From the NCBI GenBank assembly GCA_047967505.1, contig CM106538.1: a stretch of DNA of 64,000 nt; one strand, 5' to 3'. Of this stretch, positions 1 through 13,250 are shown in pieces (within the stretch, counting starts at the first letter, position 1; each line of letters opens with the position of its first letter). This DNA comes from Dipteris shenzhenensis. Lineage: Eukaryota. The notes under the pieces were generated by a model. That model was not told where the DNA came from and did no database searches. It saw only the letters and a list, made by a program, of their open reading frames with translations. Made by a program: the position numbers and the translations under genes.

Positions 1-2223
1 GCACGTGGGAAGTCGGACTGCCGTACAGCAGTACGGACAGTCCATTTGTTGTATTTAATGAATGCTTGACGTGGCTGTACAGAACAGGATTTGCAGAGCT
101 GTGTGGGCTGATGTACAGCCACATGGGGCTGTTGTACGGACATAGTAAGCTGATGTACAGCCACTTGAGCTGTTGTACGGGCAGGGTCTTAGCTGTACGG
201 ACGGTTGCCAGCGTGGCAGCGTAAAGAGGTTATCCTTCCATTGGCTTGCTTTAGCTTATGCTTGAGCATGGTACTTTGAGACCAGGCTAAAGAAGAAGTC
301 ACTCATGCTTTGTTGGGTTTTCATTTGCAATGGCTTGTTGTGAAGAAGCCTAGTTGGCAGGGTGATTCACATTGAATGCTTGCAGATCAGAGATTGGCCC
401 TTGTGATCATGGGCTGTTCATTTTTGCTTTCACCCAATGCTTGGGTAGTCTAGTAAGCTAGTGGGCAGCAGGGGTAGTGTGGTCCGCGAAAGGCCTCGTG
501 GGCCTATGGGACAAGGTACAAAGTACACCAAAAGAATGATCTCATACAAGCCTCAGTGGGCTGGAGCAAAGGGTGCACTAAGGCCCTTGCTGAGTGCTAA
601 GACTGCTAAATTGATAACTCTACAGAGCTCAATAGCTCGATAAAAATCAGATATAACCCGGAGACTAGCATCTCTCTGAGAGCTGCAGCATGCTAAGATC
701 TGAGACTCAGGCTCAGAAGCCAAAGCACGGCGCCATGGTGGCTCGTTTGTGAGTGGTGAAAATGTCTCGGACCTGCGTTTGTTGGGATGTGTCATGCTGT
801 GATGGCGGAGGGGGACGTGGTCTCCTCGATCTCTGAACCCGTTGGGCTATGTTTAGAGTAACCCCTCGCCTCGGGTGGTTTCCCCCAAGGAAGGCTGTGA
901 TAGGATAGACCTCAATAGAGTGTGCTTTGGTCACTCTCTGTGCTGTAGGTGGTCTCTGCATCCTTCTCTCAGTAATCCAGGCTGCCCGCATGTCAGCTAT
1001 CTCCTCCACTTCCACCCCGATGTGTCCTGGAGCTGACTCAAATGCATAGAAGTCTGTGACATGACGTTGTACTCCGTCAGCCTCTCTGTCCTGTGGCTTG
1101 ATCGCCTCCTGCTGCTCTCTAATATGTCGTAGTAGGGTCTCCTTGTGTCAGTGCATCTCAAGTAGATATAGCCCAATGCAGACTTGGTCCTAGAAGTGGA
1201 TCAATCATGAGAGTGGACCGAAGCCGCTTCCCTCTTGGTAGAGGCAATGGTATCGTTCCCTGATCTCATAATAGGTTGGGAAGACACATAGGAAATGTTC
1301 CTCATGTCTGGATGGACTCCAAGGCCAGTCTCGGTAATCTCCATTGAGGCAAGTTTGAGTATCACCATTTGGGACTTCTCCTAAGAAAATAAAGAGTAAT
1401 CTTTATTAGAATTGACTTCGGTCAAAGAATGGTGAAGTTGGTTAACCAAGAATAAGATTTATTGTTTTTACTTTTGCCTTGCATTGGTAAAAAGAGAACT
1501 GTGGGGACGCCCACAAGGGACTAGAAATAGTCCAAGAACTAGGAATGAATGCATTTTGCTAACCTCTAATGGGTTAAAGTGTTGGAATTTGTTTGTGCAA
1601 TGTGTAGGACCCAAGAGAGTGCAAAAAAGACCTAAGATTGGGGAGAAAAGCACAAAAAGCAGGTCCCACAAGGCTCTCAAGCAAGGACAATGGGGCGCCT
1701 CTTGAAAAGAGGGCCCACAAGACTAAAAGGGCGCCTAAAGCCTCCAATTTAGGAAGAAATGCCTGAAAGCTTGGCTTTAATGTAAAAGTAGCTTTTAGAA
1801 AGCAAGCCCTAGCTTTTTGCTAGGCCAAGTCTATAAAAGAAAGGCCCCAGGCCTCCTAGCTGTATTCAGAATCCTACTCAGTTCTATGCTCTTTCAAGAG
1901 CCATCTGTACAAAGATTATTCTATTGCAATAAAGACCTTTGGGGGTGTCCAGCCCTTATTTTTGGGCCCTAGTGTGGTGTTTTGTCTTATCTCCCCCACT
2001 CCCAGAGTTTTAATTTATTGCGAATCAACTATCTCTCCTCTAGGCTGAATTGCGATTTACTGTAGCTCCAAGATCTTGTATCATTAGCATGTGTGAGTGC
2101 CTAGAGCAGGAGAACTTGCTGCGATTTCAGCCGCCTGTACTTGCTGCAAATTCTTTCCCGGGAGCCTAGCACTGCTGCGATTTTGGCCAAAGAGTGCCCA
2201 GGACCCTTTAAGGTTTGGTTTCA

Positions 2224-3630
2224 CCCAGACTCTGTGGATGAAAGTCACTGTTTGAAAGATGGCATCAATCTGTAGGGGAGTCATGGAGGCGAACTTTGCC
2301 TGTACTATCTCATGTAAAATTGAGGGCTTACTTTGAATCATCACGAATCCCATAGTCATTTGTAGCCACTCAAATTTCCTCCACTCGTTCTGTGGTAAGT
2401 CACATCCCCAGAAGGGTGCTGCATACATGGCCATCGGTCGCACTAGTGTGTCGAAGAGCTAGCTCTTCGTTGTTGGTGGGTCCTGAAAGTGTGCCTGGAA
2501 GCACTGTCTCTCTACTCGGGCCAAAGCACCCCGTCCTCGAGTGAGTCGTGCCTGGGCTGCGTTGGTCATCGTGAAAAGGTGTCTTGTGAAGATTGCTCCT
2601 AGATATGTGTAGGATTGCACTATCTCCATTGGCTCATTACGATAGGTGAAGCTGAGTCGACGAGTCACTGCATGTGAGGTGTTGAAGACCATAACCTTAG
2701 TCTTCCCAAGGTTGACTGTCAAGTCTCTCTCCTTGCAAAACACCTCTAGTGCCTCCAGATGTCTTTGCAGCCCTTCCGCTGAGGATGATATGAGGACTAT
2801 GTCATCAGCGTATAGCAATATCTGTATCATGAGGTCACCCAAGAGTGAACCCTCGCCTCCTAGGCGATCTATGAAAGATGTGATCTCATCGATGTAGAGT
2901 CCGAAGAGGGTCGGTGAGAGTGGACAGCCTTGCTTCACTCCAATCGTGCTCTCGACTCAATCTGATAGACCGCCTGGGGCACGTACTCTGCCTTTGGCTG
3001 ACTCATATAAGCTCACCACACCCCAAATCAACGTCTCTGGAATCTGCATCTCCTATAGTCTCCTGATCATCCGGGAACGCGGGACCGTGTCAAAAGCCTT
3101 CTGAAAGTCTACAAAGCATGTGTAGGCTTTTTGGTGTTAGGATCTCGCCTCTTCAATGATAGCTCTCAAAGTGAATATGTGATCTAAGGTAAAATGCTGC
3201 CTTCGGAATCTTGCCTATCCTAGTGAATATGTGATCTAAGGTAGAATGTTGCTTGTCCTAGTGCTCGCTATCCTCGAGCCTCTGTATGACTACTGAGCTC
3301 CCTCTCTAGAACTGATCCATAAATCTTGGCCAGGGTATGACCAATCATGAGGGTGCGGTAATTTCTAGTCTCCATAGGGTCGCCGGCTTTTGTATCGGTA
3401 CAATAGTGGTGGTGCTCCAGGCAGGTGGGAAGCCATGACAAACAGCCTGGTTGAACATGTGTGCTAGGACCGGATGCCCATGCACAAAGTGCTCAGTCCG
3501 TAGACCCTCATGAACCTGTGCTTTCTGGTTGTGTAGCCGATGAAGTGCAGCCCGGACATTTTGTGTGGTAAATAAGTGACAATTGGTGGGCCTGGGCATA
3601 GAGTACATGTTTGGTGGTGTGCGCATCTGG
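2224..3630 (-). mobile_element. Degenerate non-LTR retrotransposon (RTE-like LINE) reverse transcriptase region
   Basis: ORF 2459-2938 has KQGCPLSPTLFGLYID...LLYADDIVL (RT core with YADD) and YTYLG. Upstream minus-strand VDFQKAFDTV (3085-3115) and WSTTTIVPIQK. Broken by stops and frameshifts. Confidence 0.9.
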
Positions 3631-3633
3631 ATA

Positions 3634-3637
<4 letters not shown>

Positions 3638-3665
<28 letters not shown>
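3638..3665. repeat. (GA)n microsatellite
   Basis: Perfect AG/GA run of about 14 units. Confidence 0.95.
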
Positions 3666-3899
3666 GTGAGGAGGGAGGGCGTTAGCAAGGTCAAGCGAGC
3701 AGGGTCGAGTGAGCAGCCAGGTTTAATTAACTCTCTTTGATTAATATCTCTTGAATCGTGTTTAGTTTGCAATTTGAGTTTTCAAAGAGTCATCCCCATT
3801 AGGGATGTAACTTGCCATTGCAAACTTGTCTTGTCTTGCTAATATCAATGCATCTCGTGTTGTTCTATCTGTCCCACATGCCTTGGGGATCTCGATTGG

Positions 3900-4850
3900 G
3901 AAATTTTGAGTATCCTCTCACTGGCTACGTATTGGCACAGGATGACCAGAGGGCGAGAAGAGGGTATGCTATGCGAGAGACGGATCTGCAATCTATGCGA
4001 CATGCTAGAGGTTGAGATGGAGGAGCAGTTTGCATTCAGATGCCCTGTAAGTTATGAGATCTGTGGACGGCATTATTTATCTATTCAGGAGCAGATTTGG
4101 ACCAATCCAAATTTCTTGGCCCATCTCGATCAGCGACCAGCGGCCACTTGTCTCCTTTGGTTGCAGAGGAGGGACTAGAAGTCCCGTCACAACCTAGTGA
4201 GAGCACGATCATAGACTTCTTTCACCCTGGTGACCCGGACCAGAGACAGCTTGCCCTCGAGTTGACTCAGACATGAGGGCTGCAGGTATCTTCTCTTTAC
4301 TATTTGACTTGGGGAGATAGACTACTGAAGTGATGGTATTAGTCGCCAAATGATGAGCTACATCTCGGAGAGCTCTAAGCAGAGGGAGCCCCGACAAGCT
4401 AATCAGGTTGAGCAACCAAGAACACTTTATTGACTTCCTTCTTCGACGGTGCCAATTTTCACCAGAGCCTTTGTCGGCCGATCGTCTCTTCTATCCTCAG
4501 CCTACTAACGGAGTTGGTCCCCAGATAGCATACGTAGGTCAGCTGCGATCGACCCACTAATGAGGACCTCCGACCTTTTTTGGTATTGTGGTTCCCATAC
4601 GCACAGTCATTTGTGTACTCTCTTGAAAAAAGAGTGTGATGTATTTCTCTATCGCTATTTCTTGTCTCAGACATCAGCCTTGGCGTGGATGCCCGCTCTA
4701 GTGGCCCCACTCATCTTTTATTGTATCTGCTTTTCTTTAGTCTCATAGACCCTTCACTCTTTCTAAGAGTTTATAAACTTTCTTTCTATATTTCTTTCTG
4801 TCAACTCTATCATCCTCTGTACTTCCATTCAAACCATCATTAAAGACAGA
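3900..4850 (+). mobile_element. 3' portion of an RTE-like LINE (C-terminal Cys/His motif and probable 3' UTR)
   Basis: ORF 3906-4178 RRICNLCDMLEVEMEEQFAFRCPVSYEI resembles the RICxLC...EEHF..xCPxY C-terminal motif of LINE ORF2 proteins. The 3' boundary is a guess (ATTAAA near 4839). Confidence 0.6.
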
Positions 4851-7800
4851 ATTTTCTGGAAAGATGACCATCTCTCCTATCTTTTCTCCTTATAGGGATA
4901 AGCAGTTCCTTGCGAAAGAATCAATTGGTGGGCAGTGCAATTGGGGAGTGGCAAGCAGCAAACGAGTAATAGAAGCTTGTTAAAGATGATTGGGAGAAGT
5001 GCATCAGCTCACCTTTCTGCCCTGAGATGCAAAGAATCTGAAGCCAATTTTATTGCCATGCGGCCGACTTTGTTTCTCTATTTTTGATTACTACGCTGTT
5101 CCTTTGTGTCATGTTCAGATCATGTCAATTGCATTTGTAGGCATGCTTAACGATGTTCCTGTGAGAGGGGCTCTTTGCTGTCTGTAGTTTGTGGTAGAGC
5201 GTCACCCAAAACTAGCCTTTAGGAACCATCACAACCTTATACTTGGAGACACGCCCTTTCAACTGTACCTCATCGAAGCACAGTTCAAAGTTGATAGCCA
5301 GGTCATTGAAGCAGAGTTTCAGCCTAACAGTTGTCCAAGCTAGTGCCACCAGCCTCTGTGGTATGCAGAAATCCCATGCATGGAAAAACCTCTACAAAGG
5401 TACTCTGATGCGTGGAGGTGGGCAATGAACAATCACACGCACATGAGAACTTCCAGAAGGAGTGGGCTTCTACATGTCACACTTCATGTAACAGAGGCAA
5501 TGCGGCTTCTATAAGCAGTCCACGGGCACCGCAGATACTGGCCATTGGCGGGTGCAAAGTTGGTGACATCATCAGCAGTGAAGGAGGAATCAGGGCCGGG
5601 GAGGAGGATGCAAAGGGAGAGCTTGCAGCTACGATGAAGCAGCCAACTCTTGAAATAGTTGAGGGCGAACAGAATAGTCGTGAATGCTTTACGAAGGGAT
5701 GCATGTAGCAACTATTGAATAGATCCTGTTGGGTGCTAGGGGTGACCTCATCACTTTGAAACTTCGCATATTCCATGGCCGTGTTAGTCTTCTGCTGTCC
5801 CTTGGCTGCTTGGGAACTCGAGCAGCTGCTACATCAGAGGGACTCAGGCAGTGCCACCATAGGGAGATCAGCCATTAAGGAAGGCCTATGAAAAATGTGC
5901 AGCAGTTCAACAGCATGGAGGGCCTCTACTTAAGAGGGAGGGCCACTACTTCAGATGGAGGGTCCTTGTAGTTGATGGACAGGGGCAGGCTTCTCGCTGA
6001 GGATTCTTAAGGCTCCCTAGGTAGCTGGGTGGGATACTTTTTAAACACTCGTATCTAAAGAATCACTAATGTGTTGTGTCTTACATGTCTTCATGACCAA
6101 GATAAGGCATCAAAAGATTACACATCATTGGGTTACAATGCACCATGCCCCCCCCCCCCCCCCCCCCCCCCCCCAAAACCCAAACAAACACCCCGCCCCC
6201 ACTGCCACAGGCTTTTTACCTAGAAATTTTGCTGTTTTCTCTTGGAAACTTGGACAGTGGCATGGAGATGAACCCAACACCTCACATGTTTTTATGATGA
6301 GTGGTATGCCGAGAGTCTGCTATGGTGAAGATGAAGAATGCCTGTTATTTTGTTCTCACTCCACTGGGTCCATCTTCTACAATTCTACAGTACAGTATCT
6401 TCAGTGTGTCTACTGGCACGGAGAGAAGTTACTACCAGTCACCCTCCACATCGTGTGAGCCACTAGCCTCCGGTATTTGACGCATTGACTAATGTTCCTC
6501 TCTCCCACTAACAAGCAATAGTGTGCACGTTGAAGTCCTGGACCATGATGACATCAAGATCATGTGTAATCCAGAGGGCACTACTTGCTGTAATGTTTGC
6601 ATGGCAACGTGCAACCTTCCACAATTACCAATGCTGATATGACACCAAGCACCTGCTGGGAAACAGCAACTACTGCCCAATAAACATAGAAAGGCAAGAG
6701 TGCTGATCTTTCCAGCAAGCATATACCAACATTGGCGATGAATTGCTATGATAGTGATTCACTTTGCTCAACATATTTGCCCGTAGCAATTTTCCTCAAA
6801 CAAGATGCTGAAGACTTTGGAAGAGTTTCAAAGCTTCCCTAATGGTGTCCGTACTCTACAAACTCTGGAAGCTAGCTTACTCTTGTTCGCACTCATTCAA
6901 TTGAAAAAAACAAGCCCTACCAGGCTTGTTGAGCACATACAGAAAATACTTAGGACAGAGAGCTCATACGCCTGTGAAGAACATTGGCACTCTTGAATCT
7001 ACCACACTGCGAAAGTTAAAATGGTACCCATCAGGCATTATTGGGACCTTCCAGAACTGTCTAGAAGCCATGGTGGATTAGGGCAAGTCATATGAAGGAT
7101 TTGGCCAATGCATTGCCATGTAATAGGTGGACCCATGCATCTGACCTGATGATGAGCTCAGATATGAAACAGATACACCAAATATAACTTCTATCACACT
7201 AAGCGCTTATCACAAACAAACAAAGCTTGAAGATGAGTTTGATTTTGCTGTTCGTGAGCAGGCGAAGCATGCCTACTATTACTATATGTTTTAGAACAAG
7301 AGTGTCATGTTCCTCATATCCTTCATCACTAGAGCATGTAATCTAATGTAGAAGTTTCTGTCGCATAGCTTCCTTGAGTACCTCATTTTTTCGTCAGCCT
7401 CCATTGTGCTCACAAGAAACTTCCTGAAGCAGTCTTTTTTTAATGGTGGTTATTATAACCACAATGATTTTCTTCAGATGCATATTCTTCAGCTTCCTCA
7501 TCAAGAGAGTGGCCTCATTAGTTGTTTGAAGAGCATTGCAGTAGAAGCTTAGGTCTTGTGCTATCACACAATTAATTACTTAATGAGAAACACAAATTTA
7601 GGAAACTTCTACAATTCTGTTAAGTTGGACACCAGGTGGGGTATGAACGAGGCCTCACCTCCCACCATGGACAATCCTTGGTGTATTTCCTTAAATATAG
7701 CGAAGGAGAAACAAACTGACTCTAGGATCGAACTCCGGTGGACTCGGAACTCAAAGCATGTTTCAATAATTTTAATACACAATGATGTCAATGATCCCTA

Positions 7801-8585
7801 AGTGGAATCCATACAAAGATATCTGAAAGCCGCAACTCAAACAACTGGAACAACTATGTTTAGAACTTTAAAAACTGTGAACTAGATGTCTCCTGGCAAG
7901 GTTCTCTGCAATCTTGAACAATCACCCAAAAAGCTACCCAGTCCATAATTTCAACCTTAGCTTTGTGAGTGTAGCTAAATTCTACTCCTCACTCAATCCG
8001 ACCACCAGCCAGGCAGAAATGATCTGCAGAAGCAGATTGTGATTGGTGGGTTTAGGCCTTCCGGAGGATGCAGAAACATGTGATGATTTGGATTCTAGAG
8101 CAGGTGTAGAGCTAAAGGTGTCCCCAGTGTGAAATTGTAGTTCTGGGAAAGGTTTTGCTGGAATTTAAATTGTGGCTTTCTTACCAGGGTGAGATGCTCA
8201 CCAAATTATGATTTTGAGGACTAAAGGAACAAGCAGATGTGATTTCAGCAAGGGTAGAAAGAGATGGGAACAAGGAACTGGTAGGAACAGATGGCTTTAC
8301 AAACAGGGGCCTGCTGCATGAGATAACAGCAATTTCGTTTTCGGCTATGGAGGTGGCAAAAAGAAAGAATAGGGAGCACTTGCTAGCCTTGAAGTAAGAG
8401 GGTGAATAATGGCAATTTCTAGGGTTTGAACCCTTTTATGTCCTGCACACGAGGGTTAGTACATAAGCCAACAAAAGCGATCAACCTAATTTTTGACACA
8501 GATTGATGCGCACATTGAATACCGTGAGCTTCCAAATCTATGACAATGTACAGAGTCCTCAAAGCAAGACATCTCCTCACAAATA

Positions 8586-8695
8586 AGCCATATGTGCATA
8601 GAACAGAAATAAAAAAGCATCTATAATACATCATAATGATAGCCATATGTGCATAGAACAGAAATAAAAAAGCATCTATAATACATCATAATGAT
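8586..8695. repeat. Perfect 55-bp tandem duplication
   Basis: agccatatgtgcatagaacagaaataaaaaagcatctataatacatcataatgat at 8586-8640 and 8641-8695. Confidence 0.95.
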
Positions 8696-10561
8696 TAATT
8701 CCAAAATGTATTTAGTATACCCATATGCTACAACCTCCCCTTATTTTGTGTTCAATCAACAACATTGAAACCACGTTATTTTACTTAAGATCAGGGGCTA
8801 TCCAGGAAATGGAGGTAGCCAATACATAGCCTCGTAACATGTGGACCAATGCATGCTCACTCTTTCTTGACCTTAGAAGCTAACCTAATGGACTAATCAG
8901 CTCGACAGGATCCCCAACAAACTCTGCCCAACTAAGGATCCACTTGAGCTGAGGCACTGGCATGTATATGTGAGTGCAAAAGGGAAAGCAAATATAAACA
9001 AAGCTCCGCTTCATTCAGCAAGCTCCCTTCCCACCTTCTTGCAACCTGTGTTGATATTTTTAAGAAAATCAGTCAATAGGATTGCAATACATGAAAGGCT
9101 GTGGTTAGCAAATGCCCATAACCACCCAAAATTCTGAGCGTAAGAAGGAAATCATACTCTATGGGGTTATGGCATATACATTATAGATTCTGAACTTGTT
9201 GTATCGGTAACATGTGACTATGTCAGACAACGATGTGGATTTGGCCTTTTCCTTGGCCGCTTTGTGGGACCCCAGGTGGCCCTGAATAAGCTTAAAAAAT
9301 CATCCAAAGTTCCCAGGAAAATCCTATCGTATTTGTTGCCGCCCTAGAACTCATATAGAAATTTACAAGGTGGAAATGTAGCTAGGTGACCTACTAAAAT
9401 TCAAGCACTGACGGAGCATTGAATCTCCTTGTGACAAGATTGTTGGCGTAATTTTGTAGACAAGGTGTGTAGGGACTAGGCCTAGAGTCCTATTGTGAGT
9501 GTCCGTAAGTGTGTGAGTCTTAGGTGACCACTTGCCCACTTGTCCAGATTAGATTAGCTTTGATTTGATTCGTGTGTAACCTCATCTATGAGGTAGATAT
9601 GTGGTTGAGATAAGGCTTGCCCAGCCTATAAATGAGGCATCCATTGTACGTGCAAGATAACAATCAACAGGAGTGTTTCTGCCTCTGTCCTCGTGCATCA
9701 TGTGATCACGAATGTCTCTCTCTCTCTCGCTCGCCATTTCTCCCACAAAGATGGTGTGCTTCTTTAAAACAAGCACTGACCAAAGAGGGCACTGGATGAC
9801 CTCTTTTAAGCAAAATGGTGTGCTTCCATGGTTTAACTGTGCAAAAGGGCTCGGTTGGCTTTGTTTGCTGTTTTGTGGCTGTCCCTTTGTCCCAAGCATC
9901 TTAGATGGTTGTTGGTTCCTAAATGTCCTTGATTCAAACCTGGCTTGGGATTTGGCACGGTTACCTTGGTTCTTCGACTCTTGAAGATATCTTGTGCTTT
10001 GAAGAGTTTCTTGAATTTTTATCGTCATGTCTACCACATGTCCTATGTCATGCATGCATGCACGCACTTGCGCAGGCACATGTGCGTGCATGTGTGTGTG
10101 CGTGTGCGCATGCGCATGTGTGTGGTTTTAAGATTTCACCAAAAAATTGTGTGTGGTTTTAAGGAAAAAATGATGATAAGCTTTTAATGTTATAATTTAT
10201 GCCTACTTGTCATTATGTACTTTATAAGAAACCTCTCCTACTGTATTTAAGGGGAAACTACCTTTCTCATCCTTGACAAGTAAGGTACAATAATCTTCAT
10301 TCAACTGGAAAGTTGAACAACCTATGTGTCCCCCTTCAGATTACTTGAAAAACTTCAAGAAATAAAACCAGTCTACCATGTTCGTAATGGAGCTGCTCCC
10401 TGAAATTTCCTGTACATAGCGAAGCTAGTGTACATTGTGTGCGATGGCATGTTTGTTTAGTTTTCTCAGCTGTGGCTTTTTGTTCATTCTTCTAAAACAA
10501 TTCAGCTTTAAATTTATTAACAAGAGTGCCTTCGTTTTTTGTCTTGTTATTTTTTTTTCAG

Positions 10562-11803
10562 GTGTCTGACTGGGTCATGAAAGAGAAGCCATTTGAATTT
10601 ATCGACATGGATTATGCCATTCGTGTGGAATTGATTGAGAGAGTACATGGAGTTAAAGAAGCAGTTGACTACTTTGCAACGATTCCCAAGCCATTTCAAA
10701 CTGCTACGGCCTATGTGAAATTGCTTCAAGTATATGTTATGCATGGCATGGAGAGGAGTGCAGTAAGGTTGGTTCAAAAAGTGCAAAAACTAGGTCTGGG
10801 CCAGCAAACATTAATGCAAAACCAATTATTGTCTTTATATAAGAGGAAGGAAAACATGGAAGGAGTTGCCAAGGTACTGCAAATCATGGAGGAAAAAAAT
10901 ATAGAGCCTGATATATATACGTATAATACAATACTCGATATAAAAGGCAGAAAAGGTGATGTTACTGGAATGGCAAAAGTGTGGAAGCGAATAGCAAATG
11001 ATAAGAATGTAGTGCCCGATTCGGTATCTTACTCTATACTTGCCCAAGGTTTTCTTTCTGCTGGTTTGCTTGATAAGGCAGCAAAGGCAACCAAACAACT
11101 AGAAATCCGCCCTCGCAAAAGGAGACGAATGTTCTATCACATGCTATTGAGGCTGTATGCTGAATTGGGCAAAGCAGATGAACTCGAAAGAATCTGGGAT
11201 ATAATGAAAAGTGGTTCAAAAGTTCTGATGGCTGATTACTCAGTAATGATTCAATCAATAGGAAAGACGGGCAAAGTAGACAGAGCAGAAGAGCTTTACA
11301 AGCAAATGATTGAAGAACTGGATAGCAAGCGCTTACAGCAGTATAGTGCCCTCCTTTCGGTGTACACGTCCCAAGGGATGATCCAAAAAGCAGAGGAGTT
11401 AGTAAAAGAGATATCAAAAATGTCCTTTAGTCTTTCCCTGCCTTTTTATCATAAACTTATACAGATGTATGTAAAGGCTGGCAAAGAAGAAACAGCTATG
11501 GAAACTCTTCTTACAGCCCAAAAGGCCGGGAAAGAGGTTTTCCGGAAGAGACCATGGTATACTACCTTTCAAGAGGTACTTGACATGTTTGCGGAAAGGG
11601 GGGATGTGCGAAATGCAGAAAAAGTAATACAACTAATCAAAGATGCAGGATATGCATGTTCATATAGATCGTATTGCACTTTGCTGAAGGCCTATGCCAA
11701 AGCAGAGGTCACTCCTTATGGGTTTTCAGATAGAATGCGTGCTGATGGTGTCCGCCCAAACCCGCATATCAGAGACGAGTTGAAAAAGCTTGATGGAATT
11801 TGA
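10562..11803 (+). CDS. Terminal exon of a P-class pentatricopeptide repeat protein (At1g80270/PPR596-like, probably organellar)
   Basis: Polypyrimidine tract plus CAG acceptor ending at 10561, then an open frame to TGA at 11801-11803. About 10 35-aa PPR motifs (e.g. PDIYTYNTILDIKGRKGD, PDSVSYSILAQGF). C-terminus LLKAYAKAEVTPYGFSDRMRADGVRPN resembles this subfamily. No E/DYW domain. Confidence 0.9.
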   Translation: MSDWVMKEKPFEFIDMDYAIRVELIERVHGVKEAVDYFATIPKPFQTATAYVKLLQVYVMHGMERSAVRLVQKVQKLGLGQQTLMQNQLLSLYKRKENMEGVAKVLQIMEEKNIEPDIYTYNTILDIKGRKGDVTGMAKVWKRIANDKNVVPDSVSYSILAQGFLSAGLLDKAAKATKQLEIRPRKRRRMFYHMLLRLYAELGKADELERIWDIMKSGSKVLMADYSVMIQSIGKTGKVDRAEELYKQMIEELDSKRLQQYSALLSVYTSQGMIQKAEELVKEISKMSFSLSLPFYHKLIQMYVKAGKEETAMETLLTAQKAGKEVFRKRPWYTTFQEVLDMFAERGDVRNAEKVIQLIKDAGYACSYRSYCTLLKAYAKAEVTPYGFSDRMRADGVRPNPHIRDELKKLDGI

Positions 11804-13250
11804 TTTAAGTCAATTTTTGGATTTTGGGTCGACAACCTCTTGGCTCTTCTCATGAAACTTAACATGGAGCATGAAGTGAGGCCAGACTTCGATGAGGCCC
11901 CGAGGTTATGCAAGCAGAGACATGCAATATGTTCACTGGGTCCTTCCCTAGGCAACAGCTTTATATGGACAAAGCTGTCTACACTTTACAGTGAGATCAG
12001 CATTTGGATTTGCTGATAGTGTTAAGATGTTCTAGTTAGTGACTTTGCCAATTTGTTGCAAAGCAATGGATAATATGACAGGTTTGTCAACATGTTCAAA
12101 TCTTAGTCATGTGTTTTTAATGGTAGTCATTAATGTTTTAGCTGGCAACTTTCCAATTTGTTGCAAAGCGATGGATAATATGGCAGGTTTGAACATCTTA
12201 GTCTTTTTAAAGAGTGCCCTCATTTCAGTTTTCGGAACATAATATAGTCTTTCTGATTGAGGGCCGTTTGGAATATATCAAGGCATCACTTCATATATGT
12301 CGTTGTGAAACATAAAAAAAACTAGTGCTTATTCTAATACACAATACAGAGCTCTCACCTTTCATGTAAGGGCTGTAGGGTAGAAGCATATTGGTCGATA
12401 ATAAAGCTGTATATGCTTGGCATTTATAAATCCTTCACATTAGTTATGTGAAGTTGTTGCGTGTATCTTGTGAGAAAAAGGTAACTGATATTTAATTGCA
12501 AAAACAGAGAGTAGGCACGTATATTGATGTAGTCTTGCATGCTACACACTACCTAGTTGTCTTACGTGGTTATGATCAGTTGTTTAAAACCCCAACGGAC
12601 AGCAGAGGAAGCTAGTAAGATTAACATGAAAAGGCAAAAGAAAGCGTGGTATTGAGAGAGCACATGAAACCCTATCATAAACTTCAGTCATAGACAGTTC
12701 TATGTATAGACCTCACTCCATGATCATAATGTTGATCTTGGGAAAAGGCGTTGAGGAACAATCTCAACATCATATGTGCAATATATTATATGCATAACAC
12801 TCAAAAGACTAGTAAAAAGGCAAATAGGGTCCGATCGTATCCTTAAGCCCTAAACCTAAAACTAGTAGTTAGTCACGTGCGTGCGCTCCTAGTCCTTCAT
12901 CTCTAACTTTGTCACCTTATTCCTATCTTCCTTAGTACTCTCTAAACCCTAAAGCATAGAGAGGACCCCTATATTTGCATCCAAGGTTCGCTTCCATATT
13001 TTCTTACTTTTCAAACAGCTCCTAGTAGACGTCTTGAGCTACATTTTTGCTCTATCTATGGAAAACCCTTATGACTCCATGGCTTCCTGTATTCCCAACT
13101 CAAGCACCTTGATACTGGAGGCTTGCTCTTGGAGGTCAATTTCTTCAATCATAACAAGAATTTCAAAGATGAGCTCCACCAATGGTACAAGGGCAGCTTG
13201 TGTTGATAGCTTCTTAAATCTCCATGACTTTCACAAGGCCACCATCCCCT

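Noticed and set aside
1603-2223. Solo LTR (TG start, TATA at ~1832, AATAAA at ~1929, CA ends at 2083 or 2223)
   Set aside because: No matching TSD, PBS or partner LTR in the window; plausible but unsupported.
6147-6174. Poly-C run giving a polyproline ORF (6069-6458)
   Set aside because: A homopolymer of uncertain length; the ORF has no other protein-like features.
5100-8430. Very old minus-strand LINE remnant
   Set aside because: Only vague motif echoes; no motif clear enough to support a call.
9468-9700. Small solo LTR (tgtaggg...gcatca with TATAAAT)
   Set aside because: Flanks do not form a clean TSD and there is no second copy.
10526-10561. ORF-track N-terminus MPSFFVLLFFFQ of the 425-aa PPR ORF
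   Set aside because: Starts at GTG and is the polypyrimidine tract and acceptor of an intron, not coding sequence.
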